Source: Marsupella aquatica (taxonomy: Eukaryota; Plantae; Marchantiophyta). Taken from it: DNA of 64,000 nucleotides. The stretch spans positions 8,613,580-8,677,579 of the forward strand of contig OZ316892.1 of assembly GCA_973895155.1 (NCBI GenBank), given 5' to 3'. Below are positions 1 through 12,977 of this stretch, piece by piece. The notes beneath the pieces were generated by a model. That model was not told where the DNA came from. It saw nothing but the letters and a program-made list of their open reading frames with translations, and ran no database searches. Numbering within the stretch: position 1 is the first letter of the stretch; each line of letters begins with the position of its first letter. A program made the translations under genes and the position numbers.

Positions 1-839
1 TCAGAAATTTGAAATCGAAATTTGCAGCCGGGAAAAAAGTCGCGAAAATCTGAAAATTTCGATTCATTGTAACTCATTCAAATCTAAACTAAAATCTTCG
101 ATGTTGGATTCTTTTGAAGCGGATTCACAAGATCTTTCTAATGTATCATAGCACTCCCAAAATTTGTTGTGGATTGACATATTGACTCATTAAATTCTTG
201 CTGCAGAGAAAAGTTGATGGAAACTGTCAGCTGCATGGAGCAACTGTGAAAAAACGAATTCAAAGACTGAACAGTCTAATTAAGCAAAAGAAAAACCTAC
301 GATGCTATCGTTTCTCAATAAATTCATGGCCCGATTACTTACAAGTAACCATGGACGTAACCATGGACGTCTGTCTGTGTTCAGTGTGTCTGGAATTCCT
401 GAATGAAAATTGCTCAAAGCAACTCGGGTAAGAATGGACGTCTGCAATTTTCGTTTTGTTTGTTGCTTCCAGGCCAAAAGATGGCCATTTCTCGAGTCGG
501 GCCGGATTGCTTATGTGGATGTAAGGAAATAATGAAAATTGCTCTAGAGGCAAAAAAGTTAAGAATGGCCATCTGTCGGCGAGTCTCATGTTACGCTGTT
601 GCTTAGAAGTCCAGTGCACTGGCTTTTAAAAGCGAGCTTGTAGGTTAAAAGATCTTCCCGTTCTAAGCAAATTAAATGTTGGGTTATAAGTAAGGCTAAG
701 TGCATGGCTGAACATATACAAAGGGAGCTTAAGTTCAAATCAATCAAATACACTGGTTAAAGTCCAGAACCCCAAATTTTATAAAAAGTCTCCGCATGAC
801 AGTAATTCATAAAAACTCCACTCCATTGTATTGTATTCT

Positions 840-3800
840 TCAAAATGGAAGAACATTTCTATTTAAATCCTTTATGTCTTGTACATAAGAGGCTGAGAAT
901 TGCCTTAGCTGACTTTCCAGATAAATACTAGGGTATACTGAAGGCCACATGCCAACATTTGACACCTCACTTAGGCAAATAGGACTCATTCTAACCATAC
1001 TTGACTTCTTCTCTTCTACAACTTTACTAACATCCTGGCCATGGGCCTTCTTCTGAATAGGTGGTTTGGGAGCTTGTTTCACAGGAGCCTTTTTCTGCCC
1101 AACTGGTTTCACCTTTGCAAGTCGTCTTGCATCTTTTTTCATCACCTGTGTTGCAGACGAAGTTGCACATCGATCTCTATTCTCAATGTCAACATTTTTT
1201 GCCTTCCGACTGCTAACCTGTTTTGTAGGCTTCTTGTAACGCCCCATTGACGCTGTGAGATGCCAATCGTGCTCCTGGTTCAGATCCAGACTTGCCAACG
1301 CTGCCTTGTCAAGTTTTTGCTGATCTGACTCTCGCACTGTAACAATTCTGACAAAGGGAGCTGCATTCACTGGGGCCTCAGTCAAAGTTGAGCTTCTCTG
1401 TGAATTTGGTAAACGCCTTCCCCTCTTCCACATCTTGTCCACAAAAGACTCTTTCCTTTTCAAGCTGCGGTCTGCCCTAGGTACAATTGCAAATGCATGT
1501 GGATTTGGCATCTTCGGCAATGGAGTACTAGGCCCAATTTGTACAAAGTCATATCTAGCCCCAAGAGAAAAGATCTCATCTCGTAATTTTAGCAAGCCAG
1601 TCATGCCAATGCTATTCAAATGAGGAATGCTCTCAACTTTACCATAAATCTCCTTTAAGACTTTTTCATAATGCCCATAGCTAAAAGTCGGATCCTCCTT
1701 TTCTGGCTCACAATCCTCCAGTAGTGTCTCACAATCCTCCAATACAGGCTCTTCTACATTTCCCTGGTCTGAATCATTGCTGGCTGGATGTCTGATTGGC
1801 AAAGTCACACTAGCCACTTCCATATTAGGCTCTGGCCACTGTGCCCTCTCAAATTTGAGCCCACCCACCATAGTGCCATAGTGAGTTCCATAGGTTTGAA
1901 GAATCTTGGACTCACACATGCCACTCATAAGCAACAATTTTATCTGTACATCAATAGAGAAACACAAGTAATATGAGACATTGTCATGATAATGTGTTTC
2001 ATATTTCATATGAAATTACAGTTGTGGCTAGGTAAGATATAAATTCACCTGATGTTTACAGGTATTTCCCTGCATGTTGGATCCACAGGTGCACATGCAA
2101 GTATCATCGAGGTATCCTTCAAGGACGTGCCACTCTCCTGGCTTCTTCTGGCTACGAACAAATGCAACATTGTTGCCTTCCTCATACTTGACATCATCTA
2201 CAGGAATGCTCCTTGCCTTCAAGATTGCTTTCCAGATTATGTCTTCAATTTTCCGATTTCTGACCCGCCCTTGCCACTTCATACAAGACATACACCAATA
2301 GTGGTGTTCAAGATGGTTAATCAATTGTTCTACTAGCCAAACAACCTTCCGCCCTACCTTAGTAGATTTCTCTTCCCGCAAGTATCGCTTCAGAGTTCCA
2401 TGTCATCTCTCAATTGCCCCATTGGTGTTCTGGTTGGCATGGTTGAAGCTCCTGAAGTTTATAACCCACTTACTGATCTTACAATGCCAGTATGTTCTAT
2501 AATACTCTACAAACAGTGGTTGCTCATCTCCCCATGATGCCATGAACCGGAGGGACTCTTCGACAGGGTCTGTGAAAGAAAACAACACACATGAAATAAG
2601 CCAGAGCCTTCTTTGTGAAAGAAAATTCTGGAGACAAATAGGGTCAGAGTTTACCTTTGTTTTTCTGGTACATGAGGTCTCCAAGCTCTTTATTCATTCT
2701 GGCGCGGGAATGGGGATCTCTTACTTTTTTCAGTATGTTTTTAGTCCATGCTCTCCTCACATGCCACACACATAAAGTGATTGGAACACCTGGCCAAACC
2801 TCACTGCCAACACAAATGGAGTCAGATGATATAATACAATGACAAGATGCTTTAATACTGGAATTTTTAGGCAACTATGTTTGGGTGAAATTACCTTAAC
2901 ACATTTTGCTCTTCAGCTGCACAGTCCACTATAAAACAAGCCGGAGCCCATGTCTTGTCCAGGCGTAGGTCATCTTCTCTGGTTCTTTCCATGGTTACCT
3001 TTACAGCAGTCAGAACTTGTAGTAAATCTCTCTCTCTTTGTGGGTCTCCATTAGAGCCCAACATGTTGAAATTCCATTCTGGAATTCATCAAAACAGAGC
3101 ATAGTGTACAAAGAATACTGTACATGCACACAGCCAAGGTTAGAATCACCACTTAAAATTTTCAAAACAGTAATATAAGTCAACATGGAATAGAAATAAA
3201 ATTTTAATGAGTATCACTAACCTCATACTCATTCACACCAAAAGTTGCATCCATGGACACAGCACTACCATGCCCAAGAGTGGCCATTTTTTCCAGTTGC
3301 CACTCAGTTGCAAACACCAACAGAAAAGGAGTTTGTGTCTTCTCATCCCTCTCTTGGTATAATAACACTTGACAACCATTAGCTTGCACCCACAATTTGC
3401 ATCCCAGAGCATCATCACTCGCCCAATGACCTTTCCGATTGTTAATGGCTTTCTTGACATTTTGAATGTCCTTCAAATCTAGTCCCATGTCCCTTGTCCA
3501 GACTACATTGGCTCTGTCATCACTGAACCTCTTTCTATGCTCACGTAGCTCTTCCCACTGGGCCTTCAGAACTCCCAGTTCAGTGACTCCTGTTCGCAAG
3601 AGCCTTTCAATGCTCTCACAAAGGTCAATGGATATTCTGGGGGCAATGTGAGCCCCCACATCCCAAGCAGATCTGTCCTCCCAACCATGACAAAAATTCC
3701 CTGTATTATCAACATGTTTGAACTCTGTGAATTTCAACAGGCAAGCATTGGGCCTTTCCATCTCCTTGAAATTCGCTGAAAAACTGAATCTACAGCCTCT

Positions 3801-4184
3801 CCTAAAAGATGCTCCAGTATGTGTAGTTTGTCGTAGTGGTTTCTCTCCATTTTGAAGAACTCTAGTTTCTGGTAGATCCTCTTGTATGTCTCCCCTAGCA
3901 TCTTTTGGTCCATAACAACACAGATACCTTATGGTCAACCAACCACGTTCTTTGTTTCTTACTACTGTTTCTTTTATTTTCAGGCAAGTGTTAAATTTCT
4001 CACGACATTCCTCCCCTTTCAGGAAATCTTTGAGCCTGGATTTTGGAATCCAAGCTTCATTTTTAAACCAGGTCAAATGATCAGAAGTAAACTTCCCTGG
4101 TGCTGGAATCTGGACTTGGTCACATTGTAATGCACCATAGTGACGTCTTGATTTTATGACATTCGAAGCATTCCCATCAGACAT
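840..4184 (-). pseudogene. Mutator-like (MULE) DDE transposase with SWIM zinc finger, spliced and decayed
   Basis: Successive minus-strand segments give SMDATFGVNE (first D), ACFIVDCAAEE (second D, ~2910-2945), LCVWHVRRAW (CxxH), NTNGAIER*HGTLKR (E, with TGG>TGA stop at 2403-2405) and CMCTCGSNMQGNTCKH (SWIM). Frameshift in an AG run near 3030. Element termini not identified. Confidence 0.88.
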
Positions 4185-4452
4185 CTGACATTGAAAAATA
4201 AAAGTGTAAGGGCTAGTACTTGCAATTCAAAGAAACAAAGCATTTCTAATCAGAAATTCCAGTTATTATTCTATTTCATTTACATCCAGTCACTTACTCT
4301 CTGTAAATCTCAAAAATTTTAAGCATGCAACAGGCTCTCATCATTCACTGACATACAGTCACTCAATATGTTCACACAAATATTATTTTCCGTTAGAATA
4401 GAACACACAGGGCACATAATTTGCATTACTCACAGTTATTGACATCATTGCG

Positions 4453-4635
4453 TCAGATCTCATTGCAGTGCATATTCTCAATTTAGTTTTTATTTATGCA
4501 CGACTACTGTAGTTCTCATTGAGTTACATGCTTTCATTACTCACAGTTACTGTTATCATTGAGTCAGATCTCATTGGAGTGCATATTCTCAATTTAGTTT
4601 TTATTTACGCACGACTAGTTCTCATTGAGTTACAT
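4453..4635. repeat. ~110-bp-period local duplication
   Basis: tcagatctcattg(c/g)agtgcatattctcaatttagtttttattta(t/c)gcacgacta at ~4453 and ~4564. Confidence 0.8.
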
Positions 4636-5069
4636 GCCATTCATCGCATTGCGTCTTCCTTCTATCGTATTGCGTCTTCCTTCCAATTATTAAATCTTTC
4701 TCAAAGCATAGTGTAAAACTGACATTTGAGTACAAAATGAATGTAGTCACTTACCTTGGGACTTGTATTTCACTGACGGCATTTCACCTTCCGACAAGTT
4801 TTTCTTTGCAGCATGCCAAGGTTTGATCATTCATTCGACGCCCTGCCAACATATGACGCAGTCGCTGTCAACTAAGTGTTTGGGCCTGGCTACATACATT
4901 TCGTATCATTCCTGGCACTGGCAAGTGATGCCAAAGATCTCACTGCCATATCCAGGAGACCTCCGTGCCAAGGTCGACTACTGCACATAACATTCGTGCT
5001 ACAGTGGTAAGACAGAGGACAGGCTATTGCTTTCACGCGCATGCATAAAAGAGTACCTTGGGATTCCTG

Positions 5070-6193
5070 TGTAACCCTAAAGGGTAGTCAGGAAAGTCAG
5101 GAACTGACAGGGCGGGCACGGGCAGCAAGAAAAAATAACCTGGCCTGAAAAGTGACCAGGAGGTGCTGTCTGGAAGGGGAAACACGGTGGGCTCTTCCGG
5201 TGAGTTGTGGGGGAGAATCGAGGCATATTAAATGCTTTAGCAGGGACTCGTATCCGTGAATATTACAAGGGCTAGTGGACAGGATGCATGGGAATTTGGG
5301 ACGGGCAGAGAATGGGCAGAGAACGGCCCAATAAGACTAAGAAGCTTTAGCTAGGTGTTGATTTAACTCAATATGATCAGTTTTACACACATAGATCTCA
5401 TCTCCTGGTCTCCAAGTATATTTTTCTTTTGTCAAGCCGACTTATGATAAAGGAGTTGTGAATTTTTTTAAGTGGTGTCTGGTAGCATTACTAACTATGG
5501 AACACCTGGCTTTTCCCTGTCACCCCCTTATTCTCCCTAGAGACAAACAGATCAAGGGAAGGAACTACAGTATTTTATGTTTAAGACCCTCACTAGCTCA
5601 AGAATTACACTGGAGAGCAAACTGGGTTAAGAAAACACTACTGTCATCTTGGAAATTAGTAGCTCTCTTGAAAGTTGATGATCTTTGGCTCATTGGAAAT
5701 TGGAAGGGACTTTCTACTCGAGTGAACTGATTTGATGGAATAGTTTGGGGAATATGGAAAGGGGAATATTTATGGTTTATTTAACCTTAGAAACCTTAAA
5801 CCTGTTAGGATTAACTCTAGTCTTGGTCTAACTTTAGCTTAGTTAGGCTAATCACCATTAGTGTGTTAATGGTGATTAGTGCCTAGGATATAGATGTGCT
5901 AGGAGGAGCTCCTTTTGGAGACTCTTGCTCATTCTTATGGAGTAACTTGGAGAGAGAGGAGAGCTTATGCTATGGATACTTGGTGTGGCCAATATGCCTA
6001 GAGTTGTACTAAAGTTCTTGTGTATTTCTTGTGGAAGTAGTCTCAAGGAGGTGAACCATGTATCTCTCGTATCAGTGCATTGTTTGCTGATTGCTTAAGT
6101 TCTCATGTGTATATTGCCGATGCTTTTCCTAATAAACCATGGTTAAGTTGGGCTCCAATTAACCTAACCAGGTGCTAGAATGAAGTACCAACA
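5070..6193 (+). mobile_element. Probable solo LTR
   Basis: Starts TGTAACC and ends ACCAACA. Flanks tcctg / tccca are consistent with a 5-bp TSD tcccg decayed by CpG deamination on opposite strands. No credible ORF. Confidence 0.5.
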
Positions 6194-6584
6194 TCCCACT
6201 CCCACCCCTTGGTCCCAAACTACACTTCCATCCACAAATAACTGGTCAATTTCAAGACTTTCAGATTCATTGCAATTGTCCATTTTTAGTGTCCCCTATG
6301 CTTTGGTTTGATATGATTGAGAGCACTTGTACACTAAATCTTCCTATTCTAAATGGACTTGAATGGATTACCCAAAATGCTTGTATGTACAGTGTAGTTC
6401 TGGCCAAATTAAAGTTTAGACCACCTCTTTAGGCCATATTTGGGAAGAACCTCTCAACTCTTCTCATTCTATCACTAGAGTATTAAATGCACTATCTGAT
6501 CAGCTATTATGAAACACAAATGAACAGCCAATGTTTGTCCTGTCATTCTTGTAAAACCCACCAAGTTCTACCCCACCGTACAAA

Positions 6585-6995
6585 ATCCCTTTGCAATAAT
6601 TTGTCCTCTCTTTCTTTGTAAAAGCCTGCCCAAATTGTGCCCCGCCTAAATTGTGCCCCACCATATATGACCCCTTCCCAACAATGTGAAAGAAACAACA
6701 GTAAATTGTTATTCCCCTCCCCACCCCCACAGAGGCTTCCTCTCTTTCTTGTAAAGGCCCCCTGAAATTGTACCCCACCATATATGATCCCTTCTCAACC
6801 ATGTGAGAAAATAACAGTAAATTGAACGCCACCCCCGACCCCACCAAACTTCCTCCCTGTCTTCTAAAGGCCCCATGAATTGTACCCCACCAAACTTCCT
6901 CCCTTTCTTGTAAAGCCCCCATGAACTGAATTGTACCCCACCATATAAGATCCCTTCCCAACATTGTGAAAAACCAACAGTAAATTGTACCCAAC
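6585..6995. repeat. Diverged minisatellite
   Basis: Recurring aaattgtaccccaccatatatgatcccttcccaac...aacagtaaattg and cttcctccctttcttgtaaag modules. Explains the overlapping spurious minus-strand ORFs. Confidence 0.85.
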
Positions 6996-7810
6996 CAGAC
7001 TTCTCTCGACGAACAAGACAGTCATGTCTCTTTGTCGTAGAGATTCTTTCTCGAAAGATTGCACAGATTAATGGGTCCACATTCAATTTGCGGCACATTC
7101 GCAAACGAGAAACAGAGTGCGTCAATCATCTATGCCCTGCTCGCCATGCTTCTTCTCTCGATGAGCCACAGTGGCGAAAGAAACCAAGCTTTGTGCAGCG
7201 CTGGTAGTAACCGTAAATTAGAGAGCCCACAAGTGTTGGAGTTTCGAAGCGAGACTTGTTGAGGCCGATCAATCTGGTTTGGCTCTCCTTCTTTCGACGA
7301 GGAACAAATGTTTTCTGGCGGAGCACTCATCGTCATATTTTGAAGGTCTTCCACATCTTTACAGAGAGGGAGACGGAGAGAGAGAGAGACAGACAGACAG
7401 ACGCACTGCTGCTGCGTACTGATCTGGTCTTACTGATCTGGTCTGAGCTCTGATTCATTAGAATGTGGCGCAGCTTGGATTGGAGTTTCTCCTGCAGCAC
7501 GACGGCACTGGACACTGTCTGTCTGGCGCAGAGAACGGTTTCGTCAAAGATAGAGGAGGAGGAGGACGACGGAGAATTGAGGTCAACAATATTAGGGTTT
7601 AGCAGTTTTCTGCAGGATTTCAGGGTCGAGGAGGAATAGTAGGCGTTCATCATCGGCACATTGGGAGGGAAGAGGATGATGCTGAGCAAGTTGGTTTCAG
7701 ATTGAGGTGGACGATAACGTTTGGAAGTAAAATTACAACAACGAAGGGGCTTTTGTGAGTAATTGCTGGAATAATTACAATTTGGGTATTTCGGCATTCG
7801 AGGCTCACTC

Positions 7811-10800
7811 ATGAGAGAGAGGGATAAGCGCTGCGATTCCGGGAGCGAGACGGATGCTGCGAGTGCGTCGTCGTCCTCTCCCTCCTCTTCTTCACGTTCG
7901 TCTTGTTCTAGTTCATCCTCTGAATACTCCGCTAGGGAGGGCAACAGTGCAAGGAGACATGGCAGGTCGAAGAGAAAGCGGTCCATTTCGACGAGTCGAG
8001 TGAGGGACGACGCCGAGCCTTCGTCTTCGTCGTCCGGTTCTTCAGATACTGACGTCAAACGCCGGTACTGGACTCTCTTTCCGCCCTCTCTGGGGTTCTT
8101 GAGATGCTCTTGCCTTGGTCTCTCAATGTATGCATCCTCCTGCTTGGGCATTAGTTCCACTCGTCCGTTTACATGGCATGTTTCATTTCCCTTCCTCACT
8201 CACAGTTGGCATCTTAATTTTTTAGTACTCCAATTGAGGATCAATTGACTTCAAAATCTCCAATTTCTATAGTCTGTTTGGTCGTCTGTATTCTTCCTCC
8301 CACTCAGGCATTTCTTCCAGGTGTCCGTTTCCTTTATTATGTTTCATTTTATTACCTCTGCCATTGTTTCCATCGAATTCGTTCTACCCAAATCGAGATT
8401 ATTTTCTGTACGTCAAAATCAATATAGCTATTTATCTGGATGGGCTTCTTCGGCTGTCTGGCTGTCTGTATCCCTATTTCCTCTTAAGCATTACTTCCAA
8501 TCGCCCTTCTACTAGACTGGTTTCATTCCTCGACGTCTGGCACTTCAGCCGTTGTCTTCTTTCGTTCCCTTAGCTCCAAATTGGGGATCTGTGGACTCAT
8601 AAGCAACGTGGTCACTCTTGCAATCAGAATTGGTTATGGTCTGACTGGCATAGCAGTTCTTGAAAGAGCAACGCAGTAAATTTCTAGCCATATCTGTTGT
8701 TTGTTTCAATGTCATACTGTGCACATCGTTCGATTTGCTCTTATCATAAATATGTGAAATTCGGGCTATTTAAGTTTAGGCATGAATTGTTTGACAAGAA
8801 AGAACTTGAAGAGGAGCTTCAGCAGGATTGCTTGGTCATATATGGAAACGGTCTTTGTAGCTGAATCACTCTTATTTCGACTTATGACAGGAAGTCCAGG
8901 TCGACACGTGGGAAGGAGAGGAGATCTAGGAGTCACAGAAGGGTCAGAACTGACCGGGAGAAGGAAAAGAAGAGAGAAAGAAAGCGACGGAGCAGCAAGG
9001 GCAGTGACGAGAAGCATGGGAGAAAGGAGAAACACAAGAGAAAAGACAAGCATGACCGAGAGAGACGAAAGAGGAATGTGACGGATGTAGACTCTGTTGC
9101 CACAGTCAAGGATGATGATGTTCCTGTTGTGCAATTCGGAGCTAAGTCTACTCTGCAGGTGCTTTCTCTTAACAACTGATCTTTGAACATAAGTTTTGTA
9201 CGTGATGTAACACCCATGCCAGACGACAGTTTCCTTGCGTTCGTATATTATTTTGTGAAAATTGACTGAGAATTTAGTGGACCATTCTGGAAACATTTTG
9301 ACAATTAGGCGATGAACGAGGCTCAGCTGCAGCAGAAAGAAGTTGTTCGGCGAAATGTTGAAATGGCACAGGTTTTGTTCCATTTCCTCACTGATTCCAC
9401 TCAACGTTTGTATTGGTATGAATAAGAATAGCACTTTTCCGATATTGAGTGGACAAGCCACCTATGGATCATGCACTGTAGATAATCTAAGATAAACACA
9501 AAAGCAGATCGTGTATTCATGGGCTTAATGTATTGGATAGTCGTTTGGCTTTTTTGGGCGCCTTTTTGTTTTGTTTTGTCTCGACGACTTAAAACTCTCA
9601 AATATTTACAGGCTAGACTGGCAAGTGGAGAACTTCAAAGAATGAAGCATGAGCAAATGGAGATGCAGCGATTGTACGGGACAGTTGACTGGAGGTTCGT
9701 TCAACAAGACTGTCTGCTGTGGTGTTTGATTCAATGATGTTATGAGTCATGCAACTATGTAACAGAATGGCAGAGTCGATAATGTCACCCCGATGATACT
9801 CCGACAAGTATACCAAATTGCCATCATTTCACTAAAATTCAGTAGGGTAGTCTCGGAGGGATCCCTGGTATGTCTACAAGAGAAATGGCATGTGAAGTCC
9901 GTGTAAGGGTGCTTGGAATTATCAGCTGAATTCTCAGGATAGGCTACTGATTATGGTATTGGTTTTGCACATGAGAAGAGAAAAGAAGAAGCTGCGAGCA
10001 GAAAAATCGGTAATACATCCATCCTATTGTTTTTATTGTCCCTGGACCGTTAATCTTTCTTTGTGAAATTATTGTTGCTGCCAACGTACTTTCAACACAT
10101 ATTGAGGCCAAAGTTCTTGTGAACAAACAGGAAAAGTAAAATCAAATTCCGACAATTTCGAATTTATCAGAGGCAGAGTACAAAGTACATAATCGAAGAC
10201 AGTTGCCAGTAACCAAAGTAGTTGTATTTTCCAGAAAGTGGCACCTATACACTTGAGAGTTTGTAAGTCGGAGTTCTCTCGTTCTTTTATCTAACTTAAG
10301 CTTGACCACTTCGGTACGATGCAGAGATTAGAGAGGACAATAGCAGCCGGGAAAAAACTTGCAAGTATTGAAGAGCGAGAAAATGCTAGAATGGATGCCT
10401 TCCGTGTTGCGGTGATGGTCCCAGCCAGTCTCCCCTAGTCACATGCATCTGAAGAGTTTGTCTTAACCACATGCTCGCCATGGTTCCATCTCTGTAAATG
10501 GCTGTGAATATTCTTACTGTCTGTTAAGAAGAATATCTTCCAGTGCCGTTTGAGAATTTGTTTAGTGCAATGGTCATGTTGGTTACCAGGGTGTTTGTTA
10601 CTATGTACATGTGCGTTGGGTGGTCATTTGTGTTAGGGTTTTGGGTTCTTCCTTTTGCCATACTGAAGGATGAATGTGTGTTTGGTAGCTAGGATTGCCA
10701 ACAGCCGAAGCACAGCGTCAGGCGGAGTGGAGAGCAGAAGCAACACGAGCACTGGCGGAGGCAGCCCTTACTAACAAGGATAATTTGTCACCACCTGTTA

Positions 10801-11370
10801 GTACTAGAGTGCCCTCCAGGTCTCGTAAGGTCATTGGGCCACGATTGCCACCCTAAAAGACATGTGGGCCTCAAAACATCATTACCTCCTTTTTCAGCAG
10901 CCCCTTCATTCTCCTGTATGTCACTGCCAATTGTGGAGCTCCAAAGTGATACGTCTTCTTCATTTGGCTTTAGGGATGTGGTTGCAATATGTTTGTGGCA
11001 GTCTTCACTGTCAATTGTCAGTGCTGACTTCTTTCCAAAATTTTACTTTAGGCAGCTTAGTAAATCAATCTTGTTTGTTCTTTTTGAGTTCTCATCACAT
11101 TCACCCGAATCATTTGTTGTGTTTCTTACGAATGGACTGCCAAAGAAAATTACGACTAAATCTATTTTTATCCAAACTATTAACCCACACATTCCTTCCT
11201 GTTTCTTTGACTCTACTGTATCTGAAATAATGTCATGTTACCGTTGAAGGTACCCCGCCTGCATTCAATGAATTTTGGCTAACACTAAAAGCTTTCAATA
11301 AAAGATTCACTTCTATAAATGATTTGTATACTGTTCATCTATAGAATGTTGCAAATAAGGAAACGGAATA
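7811..11370 (+). CDS. Multi-exon Ser/Arg/Lys-rich protein with coiled-coil C-terminus, function unknown (probably nuclear)
   Basis: GT-AG exons approx 7811-8064 (MRERDKR..SSSS..DVKRR), 8891-9158 (KSRSTRGKERRSRSHRR..), 9309-9371, 9612-9694, ~9976-10010, 10325-10411 (RLERTIAAGKKLASIEERENARMDAFRVA), 10690-10824 (LGLPTAEAQRQAEWRAEA). Last exon near 11345-11370 is uncertain. Confidence 0.7.
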
Positions 11371-11637
11371 ACCACCAGATGGCTCACCAGTGCAGGTCAT
11401 TTACCGGTACGCAAAGATTATCACATAGCCACCTGTTGTGCCCTTCCAAGTCATTCTATGGTCAAGTCCACCCTGGACCTTGGACAAATAAGTTTCTAAA
11501 TTTACATTTACTTTAAATAATTTTTTACTAGCAGCTCTCATAGTTACGAGTTTCTTTACGTCTAGGTTTAGGGTCTTGTGATCATATAGGCAGAGTGATA
11601 ATCTCGAAGAGGACTGAAATCACTAATCTGTGGTTAC

Positions 11638-12490
11638 TCTTTCCAAATTTCTTGAAACACCCAACTTTGATATACATACGTCTGGTAACACTTTCCAAAT
11701 TTCTTGAAACACCAAACTTTGATATACATACGTCAGTGGACAAGATTTATTACAATTACGAATTAGAAGCGAATCATAGGCAGTAATTTGTTTTCCTTCT
11801 TTCATTCTTTCATTCTTTCAAGTAGTGGTTCATTAGGCATTGGACTCTGGGTACTTTTCTCCTTTCTGTGAGTAGGGGCTAGGCATGGGACTCTGGGTAC
11901 TTTTCTCCATTCGGTGAGTAGGGGCAGGCATGGGACTCTGGGTGGCTTCAATGTGTAAACGATCACAATGGCACTCATAATCCTGTGCATGCAAATGTGT
12001 AAACCATCACAATGGCACTCATAATCCTATGATCCTTGTGGGATTATGAGTGAGTTATTAAACCCTAAACCCTAAACCCTAAACTAAACCCCTAAACCCT
12101 AAACCCTAAACCCCTACATACGTCAGTGGACAAGATTTATTACAATTACGAATTAGAAGCGAATCATAGGCAGTAATTTGTTTTCCTTCTTTCATTCTTT
12201 CAAGTAGTGGTTCATTAGGCATTGGACTCTGGGTACTTTTCTCCTTTCTGTGAGTAGGGGCTAGGCATGGGACTCTGGGTACTTTTCTCCATTCGGTGAG
12301 TAGGGGCAGGCATGGGACTCTGGGTGGCTTCAATGTGTAAACCATCACAATGGCACTCATAAGCCATAGTGCCATTGTGATCATTTACACATTTGCATGC
12401 ACAGGATACACATTATGAGTGCCATAAACCCACAAGGATTATGTGTAAATGATCACAATGGCACTCATAAACCCACAAGGATTATGGGTG
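11638..12490. repeat. Patchwork of direct and inverted duplications
   Basis: ~250-bp duplication (11725-11980 vs 12115-12362), smaller tandem units (ttccaaatttcttgaaacac.., gcatgggactctgggt), and an inverted copy (12368-12407 is the reverse complement of 11980-12018). Confidence 0.92.
12059..12116 (-). repeat. Interstitial plant-type telomeric repeat (TTTAGGG)n, ~8 units with variants
   Basis: taaaccctaaaccctaaaccctaaactaaacccctaaaccctaaaccctaaaccccta on the plus strand. Confidence 0.93.
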
Positions 12491-12977
12491 AAGCCATAGG
12501 CAATTTCTTATCTTATTCTTGTGAGTAGGGATGGACACAGGATTCTGAGCGTCGTTGTTGTGATAGTTTGCGCATCGCAGGCAAGTTCTTGACACTCCAC
12601 AAATTGGAATGTGCGGTAGAGCTCAAACGAACTCTCTAAATGCGCAAGGTCATGAGATTCCACCTAGGTAATTGGGATTGGGCGAGGACAAGGTAAATTT
12701 TCCGGAGTACGTGTAACATCAACAAGTATGATATCAATAATGATACAAGAGAAACAAGTATGATATCAGTTTGGGCTAATAAATCAACGCCCTAGTACAA
12801 TTCAGCAAGTTTTTGGGCTAGCCCCCATATCCAGCTACAGACGTACACAATGGAAGTGCCACTTAAGCTAGCCTCATATTAGATAACACCCTCTGACAAC
12901 GAAGTTAGCTTACAATTTTGTATTAACTTTTACGATACCTTAATTCAGGGGCTGGCTTGCTCAAGCAAAACTCACAC

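Noticed and set aside
6500-7125. Overlapping Gly-rich ORFs
   Set aside because: Translations of a minisatellite.
7333-8199. 288-aa minus-strand ORF
   Set aside because: Largely the antisense shadow of the Ser-rich first exon and low-complexity upstream DNA; no domain recognised.
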